NCBI GenBank assembly: GCA_025454815.1
Contig: JALONR010000007.1
Span: 70,010 to 134,009, forward strand
Length of the DNA: 64,000 nt
Direction: 5' to 3'
Source: Bacteroidales bacterium
GTDB taxonomy: Bacteria; Bacteroidota; Bacteroidia; Bacteroidales; VadinHA17
Shown here: one piece after another, positions 36,500 to 45,813 of the stretch
How the letters are laid out: every line of letters starts with the position of its first letter
Position numbering within the stretch: position 1 is the stretch's first letter
Translations under genes and position numbers: made by a program
The notes under the pieces: generated by a model
Database searches by the model: none
Told to the model about the DNA's origin: nothing
The model's input: the letters and a program-made list of their open reading frames with translations, nothing else

Positions 36500-37111
36500 A
36501 TGAAAATTATCTGTGTCGGACTGAATTACCGGAAACATGCTGCAGAGATGGGTCGTCCGCTCCCTGAGGAACCGATGATCTTCCTTAAACCTGATTCTGC
36601 GCTGCTGAAGAAGAACAAACCCTTCTTTATGCCCGATTTCTCAAAAAACATGCAGTTCGAGGCGGAGGTGGTTATCCGCATCTCAAAGCTGGGGAAAGGC
36701 ATTGCAGCCAAATATGCATCCCGTTACTATGATGCTTTCACGGTGGGTATAGACTTCACCGCGAGAGACCTCCAGCATCGCTTCTCACAGGCGGGACATC
36801 CGTGGGAACTGTCCAAGACTTTTGACGGTTCTGCTCCCCTCGGCACCTTCATTCCTGCCGGGAGTTTCCCGAACCACTCTGATATAAGCTTCTCGCTTAC
36901 GGTGAACGGTGACACCAGGCAGGAAGGAAACACCTCTGACCTGATATTCAGTTTTGCTTCAATAATAGAATATGTCTCAAAATTCTATACACTCAAGACC
37001 GGAGACCTGATCTTTACAGGTACACCGTCAGGAGTGGGCCCCGTCAAAAAAGGTGACCACCTGGTGGCAAGACTCGCAGGCGAGACGGTGCTTGACTTCC
37101 ATGTAAGGTGA
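36500..37111 (+). CDS. Fumarylacetoacetate hydrolase (FAH) family protein
   Basis: 203 aa with 'IICVGLNYRKHAAE', 'EAEVVIRI' and 'LKTGDLIFTGTPSGVGPV'. Confidence 0.85.
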   Translation: MKIICVGLNYRKHAAEMGRPLPEEPMIFLKPDSALLKKNKPFFMPDFSKNMQFEAEVVIRISKLGKGIAAKYASRYYDAFTVGIDFTARDLQHRFSQAGHPWELSKTFDGSAPLGTFIPAGSFPNHSDISFSLTVNGDTRQEGNTSDLIFSFASIIEYVSKFYTLKTGDLIFTGTPSGVGPVKKGDHLVARLAGETVLDFHVR

Positions 37112-37147
37112 GACTGCCGGCAGTGTGCCGGGTTTCTGAATACCGGG

Positions 37148-38632
37148 TCATTCAGGCATACGGGCCATAACAGCACCGGTTCTCTTCACACTGTTTAACA
37201 GTCTTTCAAGGTCGCTGTCCTCAGTCATGGCATTCATCAGTGCGGTACGGAGCCAGATGACTCCCTCGAGTTCGGTCTGAACGATGTAAAACTCACCGCT
37301 CCTGACGATTTCCCTTCTGATTGTCCGGTTGAGCTCATTAAGTTGTTCACCACTGAGGCCGCCGGGTGCGTACCTGAAGCAGACGATGTTTGACTCCGGG
37401 GTCACTGCCAGCTCCATATCCCTTTCCCGGCGTATCGCTTCAGCGAACCTGGCCGCCAGATCATACCGGCTTTCAACATACCCTCCCAGTGTTTCCCGTC
37501 CGTAGTACCTTATTACCGTCCATGCCACTATTCCGAGTGCGGTTTTTGTGCACTCAAGCGTTCTTTTGGCCCCGTTGTACCATTCATTTTCGTCATGCTT
37601 TTCGAAAAGGTACCCGGCTTTCTGTGCAAAGGTCTCATACGACCTGGTGCCGTCACGAAACAACACCATCGTGTTAAGACCCGGAGTAAGAAGCATCTTG
37701 TGAAAATCAAAAACAACAGAGTCGGCATGCTCCAGGCCCCTTACCAGGTGGCGGTATTTCTTTGAAAACAGCACCCCCAGGCCATGTGCTCCGTCGACAT
37801 GAAACCAAACCTTTTTTTCCCGGCAGAAGGCAGCTATCTCCTCCAGGTTGTCATATGTGCCGGTGGCAGTTGAGCATGCATTTGCAGCCACACAGATCAC
37901 TCTTATTCCCCGGTCTTCAGCCTGTTTCATCGTCTCGCTGAGGAGACCGGTTTTCATGGCATAGCGGCTGTCATAGGGTATCCGAATGACCGATCCGCCT
38001 CCCAGGCCGATCACTTTAGCATTGCGTGTTATGCTGTAGTGAGACTGGTCAGAAACAATGATCCCGACCGGCCGGTCATTCCTGACTCCCTCTTCCCATA
38101 TATTGTAATCGCTCATTGCCTGACGCGCTGCGAGCAGCGCTGTCAGATTTCCGGCGCTGCCACCGTGGGTGAAGATGCCATCAGCATTGTCATCAAAGCC
38201 AATCATACGGGCCAGGTACCTTATCACGTTGCGCTCGGCAGCCATTGAGGCCGGCCCCATCTCATAGACGGCCACACCGTTATTGATCACTGCAGAACAT
38301 ATCTGCGCAATCATCCCCGCCATGAGCGGAGGGTTGTTCTGATGCCCCACGAAACGAGGATGGTGAAGATGGTTCATCCCTCCAATAACCTTACGTATGA
38401 ACTTGCCAAGAGGCAGGTCGGTGTTGGATGGATTATCAAAATCATATTCGGCCACCATATCATCCGGCTCACGCCACTCAAGAACAGGCATATCACCTCG
38501 CGAGGTTGCCTCCCTGAGATAATCAGCAAGTATGTCTATCACCTCATGTCCGTACCTGCGGAACTCCTCGCTGTCATATATGCTGCTTAGTCTGTCTTGT
38601 ACCATAAATTTTACCTGACTTTTTAAGATCAC
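37148..38632 (-). CDS. PLP-dependent amino-acid decarboxylase, group II
   Basis: 494 aa; the start is either the GTG at 38632, which overlaps the upstream stop, or the ATG at 38605. It has 'FTHGGSAGNLTALLAAR' and the PLP-lysine context 'SVVFDFHKMLLTP'. Confidence 0.85.
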   Translation of the reverse strand: MILKSQVKFMVQDRLSSIYDSEEFRRYGHEVIDILADYLREATSRGDMPVLEWREPDDMVAEYDFDNPSNTDLPLGKFIRKVIGGMNHLHHPRFVGHQNNPPLMAGMIAQICSAVINNGVAVYEMGPASMAAERNVIRYLARMIGFDDNADGIFTHGGSAGNLTALLAARQAMSDYNIWEEGVRNDRPVGIIVSDQSHYSITRNAKVIGLGGGSVIRIPYDSRYAMKTGLLSETMKQAEDRGIRVICVAANACSTATGTYDNLEEIAAFCREKKVWFHVDGAHGLGVLFSKKYRHLVRGLEHADSVVFDFHKMLLTPGLNTMVLFRDGTRSYETFAQKAGYLFEKHDENEWYNGAKRTLECTKTALGIVAWTVIRYYGRETLGGYVESRYDLAARFAEAIRRERDMELAVTPESNIVCFRYAPGGLSGEQLNELNRTIRREIVRSGEFYIVQTELEGVIWLRTALMNAMTEDSDLERLLNSVKRTGAVMARMPE

Positions 38633-40410
38633 CGCGAACTGTCGGGTACTCCTCCCGTATTCATCAATCTGCCCACAGGATAGAGCCTGGTCCTCTTCTC
38701 AAGCTCTGATGCCGGGGTGTTCTGGTATAACCATTGCAACTGCGCCACCGGATCAGATGCCACCTTTGCATCTGTCAGCCTTGCTTTCTCAAAGGCCTCC
38801 CGCAGGGCAGGGTCCTCATCAAGCAGTTTCTTCAGATGGCTCTCAAAGCCCCATACTGAATACCAGTCCTGCCCCTCCAGAAATGAATCGAAAAAGTTCC
38901 ATGCGAAGAAGCCCGACTCGCTCTTTGGTTCAAGCATGGTAAGGATATACTTTTTTGATCTCTGGTTCACCGGGATAATGTAGTCACCCAGCAGGTAATC
39001 AACCTCCTGTGTCACTGTGCGCATCTTCACGTTGCTGTTGAAGTAATGTCCCTGTGTTGCCCTCCTGGCAGGCTCAAAGCTGTCAATATAATATGTTTCC
39101 ACCATCAGGGTGGTGTCATGTTTCAACTGCATCATCCGCACACCGTTAATCTTCAACCGTTCAATAACCTCCTCCCATGCAAACGGGACTATGTAGGCCT
39201 CAGGCACTTTGACGGTGATGGAAGGGTTGAAATAATTATAGTACCGGATTGTTTCAGTATACGGCTTATCCCGGTTGTAATATCCGGATTTTCTGCCTGT
39301 TATTGGCGTAGTTGTCTCCTCGTACCTGTAACCGTGATATACCACCTCATCCCACCGGGTACTGTCCTGTTCCCAATCGACCACAAACTCATCCGCCTCA
39401 AGGGTGTGACGGTTTGCATCAGCTCTCAGTTTCAATATCTCCGTGCTGTTCATTGAGGTGAATTTTACAAGCTCGGTGATGAACTGAAGTGTGCCGATGA
39501 CCCTTTCGTGATATGGTTTATATACCAGCGTTTCCGTCATGAAGCCGAACGAATTGAAGAGCGAGGAGTATCCGGTGGAATAGTATGCGTGTTCCTCGAA
39601 GCCGATTATTGCCTTAATCTCTCCTCTATCGGTATACTGGACATAGGGAACCATTTCATTTTTATGTTCTTCCTTCATACCCCTGTAGAGTTCCGGGAGC
39701 ATTTTTCCCCTGAAGAATTTTTCCATCTCCGGGTGCATTTTCTCAGGTTGTGTGGCAATGAGTGTCACGGTGAACTGATGGTCAGATCCGTTGGTTGTGT
39801 GGGTGTCGAGAAAAACGTCAGGGTCAAGAAGCCCGTAGATCTCAGCGAAGGCCCGTGCATCACGTGAGTCCTGCTTGACGAAATCGCGGTTAAGGTCCAG
39901 GAAGCGGGTGTTTCGCCTTGCCCCCTTCTCATCCGGGCCGTTCTGGTTGATACGCCAGTAGGGGCTTCGCGTCAGCGCGCCTCCTATATTATAAACCGGG
40001 ATGATGGCCACTGAACAATTGCGGAGGTATTTCTTCATCCCGTCCTTATTGGCAAGCATATCGGCTGCAAACCTTGCGCTGGCGTCTATGCCCTCGGGCT
40101 CACCCGGGTGGATGCCGTTATTGATGAGCACTATGGCTTTGCCTTCCCTCCTTATTTCTTCCGGGTCTGTCTCCCCGCCGGATGAGATGATGAACAGGTG
40201 GATCGGACGGCCGGCGTCAGTCATTCCCATCTCCAGGAGAGTGGCCTCCTTATACTTTTTATCAAGTTCACTGTAGAAACTGATGGCCTCCTCCCATGTC
40301 AGGCTATGGTTCTCATCATACCTCAGTTCCGGGGCTTCTGTCCGGCCCTGGCCTGCAAGACCGGCGATCAGAAAGGTGCCGGAAAGAATTGTTAAAAACA
40401 TTCTTTTCAT
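38629..40410 (-). CDS. Secreted M14-family zinc carboxypeptidase
   Basis: 593 aa with the signal peptide 'MKRMFLTILSGTFLIAGLAGQ', the zinc-site context 'INNGIHPGEPEGID' and 'DTHTTNG'. Confidence 0.8.
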   Translation of the reverse strand: MKRMFLTILSGTFLIAGLAGQGRTEAPELRYDENHSLTWEEAISFYSELDKKYKEATLLEMGMTDAGRPIHLFIISSGGETDPEEIRREGKAIVLINNGIHPGEPEGIDASARFAADMLANKDGMKKYLRNCSVAIIPVYNIGGALTRSPYWRINQNGPDEKGARRNTRFLDLNRDFVKQDSRDARAFAEIYGLLDPDVFLDTHTTNGSDHQFTVTLIATQPEKMHPEMEKFFRGKMLPELYRGMKEEHKNEMVPYVQYTDRGEIKAIIGFEEHAYYSTGYSSLFNSFGFMTETLVYKPYHERVIGTLQFITELVKFTSMNSTEILKLRADANRHTLEADEFVVDWEQDSTRWDEVVYHGYRYEETTTPITGRKSGYYNRDKPYTETIRYYNYFNPSITVKVPEAYIVPFAWEEVIERLKINGVRMMQLKHDTTLMVETYYIDSFEPARRATQGHYFNSNVKMRTVTQEVDYLLGDYIIPVNQRSKKYILTMLEPKSESGFFAWNFFDSFLEGQDWYSVWGFESHLKKLLDEDPALREAFEKARLTDAKVASDPVAQLQWLYQNTPASELEKRTRLYPVGRLMNTGGVPDSSR

Positions 40411-40481
40411 TGCTTTTTATTCCTTATTTTATTGATATTCTGATATATGAATGAATTATTGGTGGCAGATACCCATGTGTA

Positions 40482-41138
40482 TCACTGTTCATCCGGTATT
40501 TCTTCCGGCTTCCCTGAAAAATGGTTGATTACTATTTCAGCTCTGGCTCGCATCTCCTGAACGAGGTCAGGGAACATATTGTAGGTTGATTCAAGATGCC
40601 GGAATCGCGATATTACGTTGGGTACAATTATTCCGGGCATCTCTTCCTCCGCCACCCCTCTCATTTCATAGATCTCCTTATACCGTTCAATGCCTGTCTC
40701 CCCGAAAGCGTCCATATCATCTGCAACTGAAAGAATTGCTGCCAGCGTTGCCGGGTCTGAATTACCCGGGTAATCCTTGTTGTCATGCATCTCCACAGCT
40801 TCAAGTATCTCAAGCCGGTCAGATGCTGAGATATCCCTTGTTGCAAGGAAAGCTTCGCAGATGTGCCTGCTCTCGCTGCCATGGTCAGGGCCCCGGTTTA
40901 TTGTCAGGCCGGTATCATGAAAATATGAGGCGATGATGGCTTTTTCAGCCAGACCAGGGTCACTGGCCATCCATGCCCCGTAGAGCTTTTCAAGAAGAAG
41001 GATTGCGTTATGCCAGACCCTCTCATGATGCAGGTGATCATGTGAAGGGATGTCTGTATCGGAAAAGAGGTTTCTGCACTCCCCCGAAAGCAGTTTCCCG
41101 TATTTACCCTCAGCGTATGTGATGAACGGATGTGCCAT
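40482..41138 (-). CDS. HD-domain phosphohydrolase
   Basis: The ATG at 41138 gives 'MAHPFITYAEGKY'. The HD motif elements 'HHERVWHNA', 'SYFHDTG' and 'VEMHDN' are present. Confidence 0.7.
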   Translation of the reverse strand: MAHPFITYAEGKYGKLLSGECRNLFSDTDIPSHDHLHHERVWHNAILLLEKLYGAWMASDPGLAEKAIIASYFHDTGLTINRGPDHGSESRHICEAFLATRDISASDRLEILEAVEMHDNKDYPGNSDPATLAAILSVADDMDAFGETGIERYKEIYEMRGVAEEEMPGIIVPNVISRFRHLESTYNMFPDLVQEMRARAEIVINHFSGKPEEIPDEQ

Positions 41139-41201
41139 GACTGAAAACAAAAAAAGCAAAAGTAGGAACTTCTGCTTCTCTGTTCCCTGTAAAAGTCATA
41201 A

Positions 41202-41447
41202 TTAGCGGGCAAGCATACTTTCTGCAAGGTCAAGTATGGTGGTGTCTTCCAGAGTTACAATGCCCCCTTCGGGTCCTTTCTCAATATGGATCCCGGCACT
41301 CTGCCCGCGGTCAAAGTTCCAGCCTCCGAAATAATTCCTGACGGTCTCCTCCTCCATATCCAGCTCATCGGCTATCTTTCTGATGCTCCCGTCAGGAAGC
41401 TGGTCCTTGATCTTCCTCAGTTGTGAAAATGTTAATGTTCGTGCCAT
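41202..41447 (-). CDS. Small protein of unknown function (possible N-terminal helix-turn-helix)
   Basis: 81 aa. 'SIRKIADELDMEEETVRNYF' looks HTH-like. I do not recognise the family. Confidence 0.45.
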   Translation of the reverse strand: MARTLTFSQLRKIKDQLPDGSIRKIADELDMEEETVRNYFGGWNFDRGQSAGIHIEKGPEGGIVTLEDTTILDLAESMLAR

Positions 41448-41534
41448 GATATAAAAAGGATATATTTCTTCAAATATACTGAATTTTCCCTGAAAAGGGA
41501 AATTAACCGTACTCTTTAAGGTTATTTTAACATT

Positions 41535-41969
41535 TTAAAATTCAATAGATTGAATATCACGTATTATGTATACATCATAGTCTCCAAGGTACTCAAAACC
41601 TGCCTTTTTGTAGAGGCTGACGGCAATTTCGTTTGAACGGTGTACCTCAAGCTTTGCCTGGAATCCTTTCTCCTTCACGAATCTGAGTGATTCCCGGAGC
41701 AGTTCTGCTGACAATCCCTTTCCCTGGTGTCCGGGGATTATTCCAAAATGATGGAGATGAATCCTTCTCCCGTCGAAGGTCAGCCAGGAGGTTCCGGTTA
41801 TCCTGTCACCATTTGTTTCGTCATGCATGACGAACAATGCACCTCCCATGGCAATGCTTCTTTCAATGGTAGCCTCATCGTCTCCTCTCTCAGGCCTGCT
41901 CAGGCCTGTGGCACTCCAGACTTCCATTATCCCTGGGAAATCACCTTTTCTGTAAGACCTTACCTTCAT
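41535..41969 (-). CDS. GNAT-family N-acetyltransferase
   Basis: 144 aa with the acetyl-CoA-binding motif 'IIPGHQGKGLSAELLRE' (Q/RxxGxG/A). Confidence 0.85.
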   Translation of the reverse strand: MKVRSYRKGDFPGIMEVWSATGLSRPERGDDEATIERSIAMGGALFVMHDETNGDRITGTSWLTFDGRRIHLHHFGIIPGHQGKGLSAELLRESLRFVKEKGFQAKLEVHRSNEIAVSLYKKAGFEYLGDYDVYIIRDIQSIEF

Positions 41970-42050
41970 CGTTCAATTGATTGCCAATCGTTCAGCACGG
42001 AGCCAGGTTACCGGCCCAGCGAACCTCCTTAGCGCTTATGCCACACCCGC

Positions 42051-43589
42051 TCAGCTCTTCTCTGCCTCCACCACGTAGAGCTGTCCCTGTTCCTCCCTTC
42101 TTACGATTATCTCTGTTCCCCTTGCTATAAAGCCTGTCTCGGCAACGGCAGGGTATACCTCATCACCTATCATCACCTTGCCTGAGGGACGCAGGACGGT
42201 ATGGGCCGTTCCCCTGCGGCCTACCACTGACTGGAGCTTTCCGGTGTCAAAGCTGACAAACCCGTCAGCCTGGTTCACTGTCGTCTCCAGGGCGAGACTG
42301 CCAAAGAGCCTGTTGGGAGCAAAAAGCTTCCGGGAAAGCCAGAGTGACAGGATAAATGAGATGACTGCCGCAAGTATTACTATTGCGAAGGCCCCGACTA
42401 TCTCCCTTACTCCGTCACCCGAAGGACCGAACCTGAAGACTATCTTGTCAATCATCACCAGTGCCAGGCCTGTAACTATGCCTATTACCCCCAGCACTCC
42501 GGTGACACCGAAGCCGGGAATGGCAAAGATTTCGACCAGCAGCAGGATTATGCCCGCAACGAATATCACCACATGCCAGTTGGCAGCCATCCCTTCAAGA
42601 TACAGCGGCGCAAAGTAAAGAACAGCGGCAAAGATGGCTGCTGCCAGCGGAAAACCCACACCAGGTGTCTGCAGCTCAAAATATATGCCCCCGATGATCA
42701 GCATGATGAGAAGTCCCGAAACAACCGGATTGACAAGCAGCATAATGATCCTGTCAACCAGGGTCAGTCTCAGTTCCCTGATGGTATACTCTTCTATTCC
42801 TGCATTTTCGAGTACCTCCTCAACCGTCTCGGCCTGACCCTCACAGAAACCGTATCTGATTGCTTCCAGAGTGGTCAGCGTCAGCACCTGTCCGGTATCA
42901 ACTATGCCCTTGAGTACTATTGAGGGGTCCACCATCGCCTGGGCGATTTCAGGGTCACGGTGCCACACCCAGGTTGTATCGCCATTCTCCACTACCGGTT
43001 TTTTACCGTGAGCCTCCGCGGTGGCCCTCATCATTCCTCGCATGAACGACTGGTACTTGTCAGGCATCTTCTGACCTGTCTGGTCAACCACCGTTGCCGC
43101 GCCTATGCTTGCCCCCGAGCGCATATAGATGCTGTCTGCGGCCACAGCTATCAATGCTCCTGCCGAAATAGCCTGGTTGTCGATGAAAACCAGGACAGGA
43201 ATGTCATAATTCAGGATGAGGGTCCGCATTGAGTCGGCAATATCAACCTGCCCGCCATATGTATTCATGTGTATCAGCATGTAATCGGCATTCAGGGAGT
43301 CGGCCTCGGCAAAACTCTTTTTGACGCTTCGCCACAAAGGAGCGGCTATCATTTTCTTTATATCGCATTTGTAGACAAGTGCGGTGGTGCCTGTTTCATT
43401 ACCTGCATCAGCTATGCCGGAAGCCGAGAGGGAACTGTCAGTGGCCTCAGAAACTGCCTGTGATTGTTGTTCAGCGGTAGGCAATGAGACAGTGTCAGCT
43501 TTGCCCCCGGCTGTCTGGGCAAAACCATTCATGGTAGTTGCTGCAACAGCGAAGAGCAGGATTATCAGTCTTATTAAAAGCCTTTTCAT
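42051..43589 (-). CDS. NfeD-family membrane-bound ClpP-class serine protease
   Basis: 512 aa. It has a signal/anchor segment, a ClpP/S49-like segment 'IHMNTYGGQVDIADSM...QAISAGALIA', about 5 TM segments, and a C-terminal NfeD OB-fold-like tail 'GRRGTAHTVLRPSGKVMIGDEVYPAVAE'. Confidence 0.8.
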   Translation of the reverse strand: MKRLLIRLIILLFAVAATTMNGFAQTAGGKADTVSLPTAEQQSQAVSEATDSSLSASGIADAGNETGTTALVYKCDIKKMIAAPLWRSVKKSFAEADSLNADYMLIHMNTYGGQVDIADSMRTLILNYDIPVLVFIDNQAISAGALIAVAADSIYMRSGASIGAATVVDQTGQKMPDKYQSFMRGMMRATAEAHGKKPVVENGDTTWVWHRDPEIAQAMVDPSIVLKGIVDTGQVLTLTTLEAIRYGFCEGQAETVEEVLENAGIEEYTIRELRLTLVDRIIMLLVNPVVSGLLIMLIIGGIYFELQTPGVGFPLAAAIFAAVLYFAPLYLEGMAANWHVVIFVAGIILLLVEIFAIPGFGVTGVLGVIGIVTGLALVMIDKIVFRFGPSGDGVREIVGAFAIVILAAVISFILSLWLSRKLFAPNRLFGSLALETTVNQADGFVSFDTGKLQSVVGRRGTAHTVLRPSGKVMIGDEVYPAVAETGFIARGTEIIVRREEQGQLYVVEAEKS

Positions 43590-44353
43590 GGGGTTATCTT
43601 TAGTTCCTTAATATAATCAATAAATCTTGCCAGTGCCTCTCTTTTACGGTCATCAAGGCGAAAATCAATATTGTGGTTGAGGTAGAACATCACCTCCTCA
43701 GGTGTGGCTGCGGCCCCCTCCTTAAGAAGTGTCACTGCCTCGTTTTTTCTTTCCAGCCCTTCACCCAGTGCCTTGTTGAAAAGGGCGGTGAAGTGATCTG
43801 GCAGCTTCCTGGATGATACCCAGCAGGCAAAGACAAAGGGCAGTCCGGTAAATTTCTTCCACTCCAGACCCAGGTCAAGCCTGTACCTGAAGTGTCGGGC
43901 ATATTCAAAGCAGCGGTCACCTATCATAACCGCCGCTTCGCCGTGACCCATGGAGGTAATATCGAACTCCTCGGGGGCAGGAAGCCAGTTGTATTCACGT
44001 TTCCAGGCTCTGGCCGCCAGGATCCGGCAAAGGGTTACGGAGCTCCTTGAACGGTAATCAAGGAAGATGGTACTGATCTCCTCAAACGGAGTGTTGCTGA
44101 CGAGCAGTACTGTTCTTACCTCACCGTTGGTGCTCAGGCAGTAATCACCAACAAGGTGGTATTCCTTCATTCCGGCTATCATGGCCACGGGTATCAGGCC
44201 AAGGTCAGTCTTCCCTGAAATCAGTCTGTCAGCACACTCGGAGGGGTGACACACCTCCAGGTCGATCATCGCCGCAATCTCACCGTCGCGAAGGCCGATC
44301 ATGAACGGGTAGCTGTTAATATACCTGACCGCTGAAACCCTTATCTTTTCCAT
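43586..44353 (-). CDS. mqnA: Chorismate dehydratase MqnA (futalosine pathway of menaquinone synthesis)
   Basis: 255 aa with 'IRVSAVRYINSYPF' and 'LPFVFACWV', typical of the MqnA/DUF178 family. Confidence 0.75.
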   Translation of the reverse strand: MEKIRVSAVRYINSYPFMIGLRDGEIAAMIDLEVCHPSECADRLISGKTDLGLIPVAMIAGMKEYHLVGDYCLSTNGEVRTVLLVSNTPFEEISTIFLDYRSRSSVTLCRILAARAWKREYNWLPAPEEFDITSMGHGEAAVMIGDRCFEYARHFRYRLDLGLEWKKFTGLPFVFACWVSSRKLPDHFTALFNKALGEGLERKNEAVTLLKEGAAATPEEVMFYLNHNIDFRLDDRKREALARFIDYIKELKITP

Positions 44354-44466
44354 CTCATTTCTTCATCCCGCAGATAAATGCAAAGGTTCAATTTTTTTAG
44401 ACCAGTACAAAATACTATTTTTGATTTTTGAATCACGGGTAAAATCGCGCTGAGGAGAGATACACT

Positions 44467-45804
44467 ATGGATCGTCTAATGGCAATATCACCGGTTGACG
44501 GCCGCTACGGCGAGCGGGTGACGGAACTGATACCCTTCTATTCTGAATTCGGCCTGATGCGCTACCGTGTGCTGGTTGAAACAGAATACTTTTTAGCCCT
44601 TTCACAGGCAGGCCTGCCGCAGTTTGAAGGGTTCCCGGCTGAAAAGGAACAGGAACTGCGGGCTGTCTGGAATTCATTCTCACCGGCTGACGCCGAGTTC
44701 ATTAAGCATAAGGAGGCTGTCACCAACCACGATGTAAAGGCAGTGGAGTACTTTGTAAAGGAGAAGGTGTCAGCCATGGGGCTGGAGAAATGGTCTGAAT
44801 TCGTTCATTTCGGCCTTACCTCACAGGATATAAACAACACTGCCATGCCCATGGCTATACGTGACTCCGTCAGGGAAGTCATGAAACCAATGCTGGTCAC
44901 CCTGCGCGATTCACTCAGGAAGATGGCTGATGAGTGGGCTGACTTACCCATGCTGGCCCGCACTCACGGACAGCCTGCCTCCCCGACCAGGCTGGGAAAG
45001 GAGATTGCGGTCTTCACTGACAGGCTCGACAATGAGCTTATGACTCTCATGACAATGAAGTACAGCGGCAAGTTCGGCGGTGCCACCGGGAATTTCAATG
45101 CCCACAGGGTGGCGTATCCCAATATCAACTGGCCCCGGTTCGCTGACAGGCTTCTCGCTGACAGGCTCGGGCTGGAAAGGCAGCAGATCACCACGCAGAT
45201 AGAACACTATGACGGACTCGCCGCACTGTTTGACAGCATCAGCCGCATCAATACCATCATTACTGACCTGTGCAGGGATATGTGGAGCTATATCTCGCTT
45301 GACTATTTCAAACAGTCAATAGTAAAGGGAGAGATAGGATCATCAGCAATGCCCCACAAGGTGAACCCGATCGACTTTGAAAATGGTGAAGGAAACCTTG
45401 GCCTGGCCAATGCCCTCCTCGGACATCTCTCAGCCAAGCTCCCGGTGTCAAGACTGCAGCGTGACCTGACCGATTCAACCGTGATACGTAACACGGGTGT
45501 CGCCATGGCCCACTCCCTCATAGCCTGGAAATCGGTCAGGAAGGGTCTTTCAAAGCTGATTGTCAACCGGGAAAAGATAAATACTGACCTTGAGGAGAAC
45601 TGGGTTGTGGTTGCCGAAGCTTTGCAAACCATCCTGCGCAGGGAGGGATATCCGAAACCTTACGAGGCGCTGATGGCCCTGACCCGTACCAATGAAAAGA
45701 TCACCGGTGAGCACATAAGGAAATTCATCGATTCCCTTGAAGTGAGCGAAAGGGTGAAAGAGGAGATGAAGGGGGTGACCCCGTTCAATTACACCGGTTT
45801 CTGA
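44467..45804 (+). CDS. purB: Adenylosuccinate lyase
   Basis: 445 aa with 'ISPVDGRY', 'GLTSQDINNTA' and the signature loop 'GSSAMPHKVNP'. Confidence 0.93.
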   Translation: MDRLMAISPVDGRYGERVTELIPFYSEFGLMRYRVLVETEYFLALSQAGLPQFEGFPAEKEQELRAVWNSFSPADAEFIKHKEAVTNHDVKAVEYFVKEKVSAMGLEKWSEFVHFGLTSQDINNTAMPMAIRDSVREVMKPMLVTLRDSLRKMADEWADLPMLARTHGQPASPTRLGKEIAVFTDRLDNELMTLMTMKYSGKFGGATGNFNAHRVAYPNINWPRFADRLLADRLGLERQQITTQIEHYDGLAALFDSISRINTIITDLCRDMWSYISLDYFKQSIVKGEIGSSAMPHKVNPIDFENGEGNLGLANALLGHLSAKLPVSRLQRDLTDSTVIRNTGVAMAHSLIAWKSVRKGLSKLIVNREKINTDLEENWVVVAEALQTILRREGYPKPYEALMALTRTNEKITGEHIRKFIDSLEVSERVKEEMKGVTPFNYTGF

Positions 45805-45813
45805 AAGGCTGGG

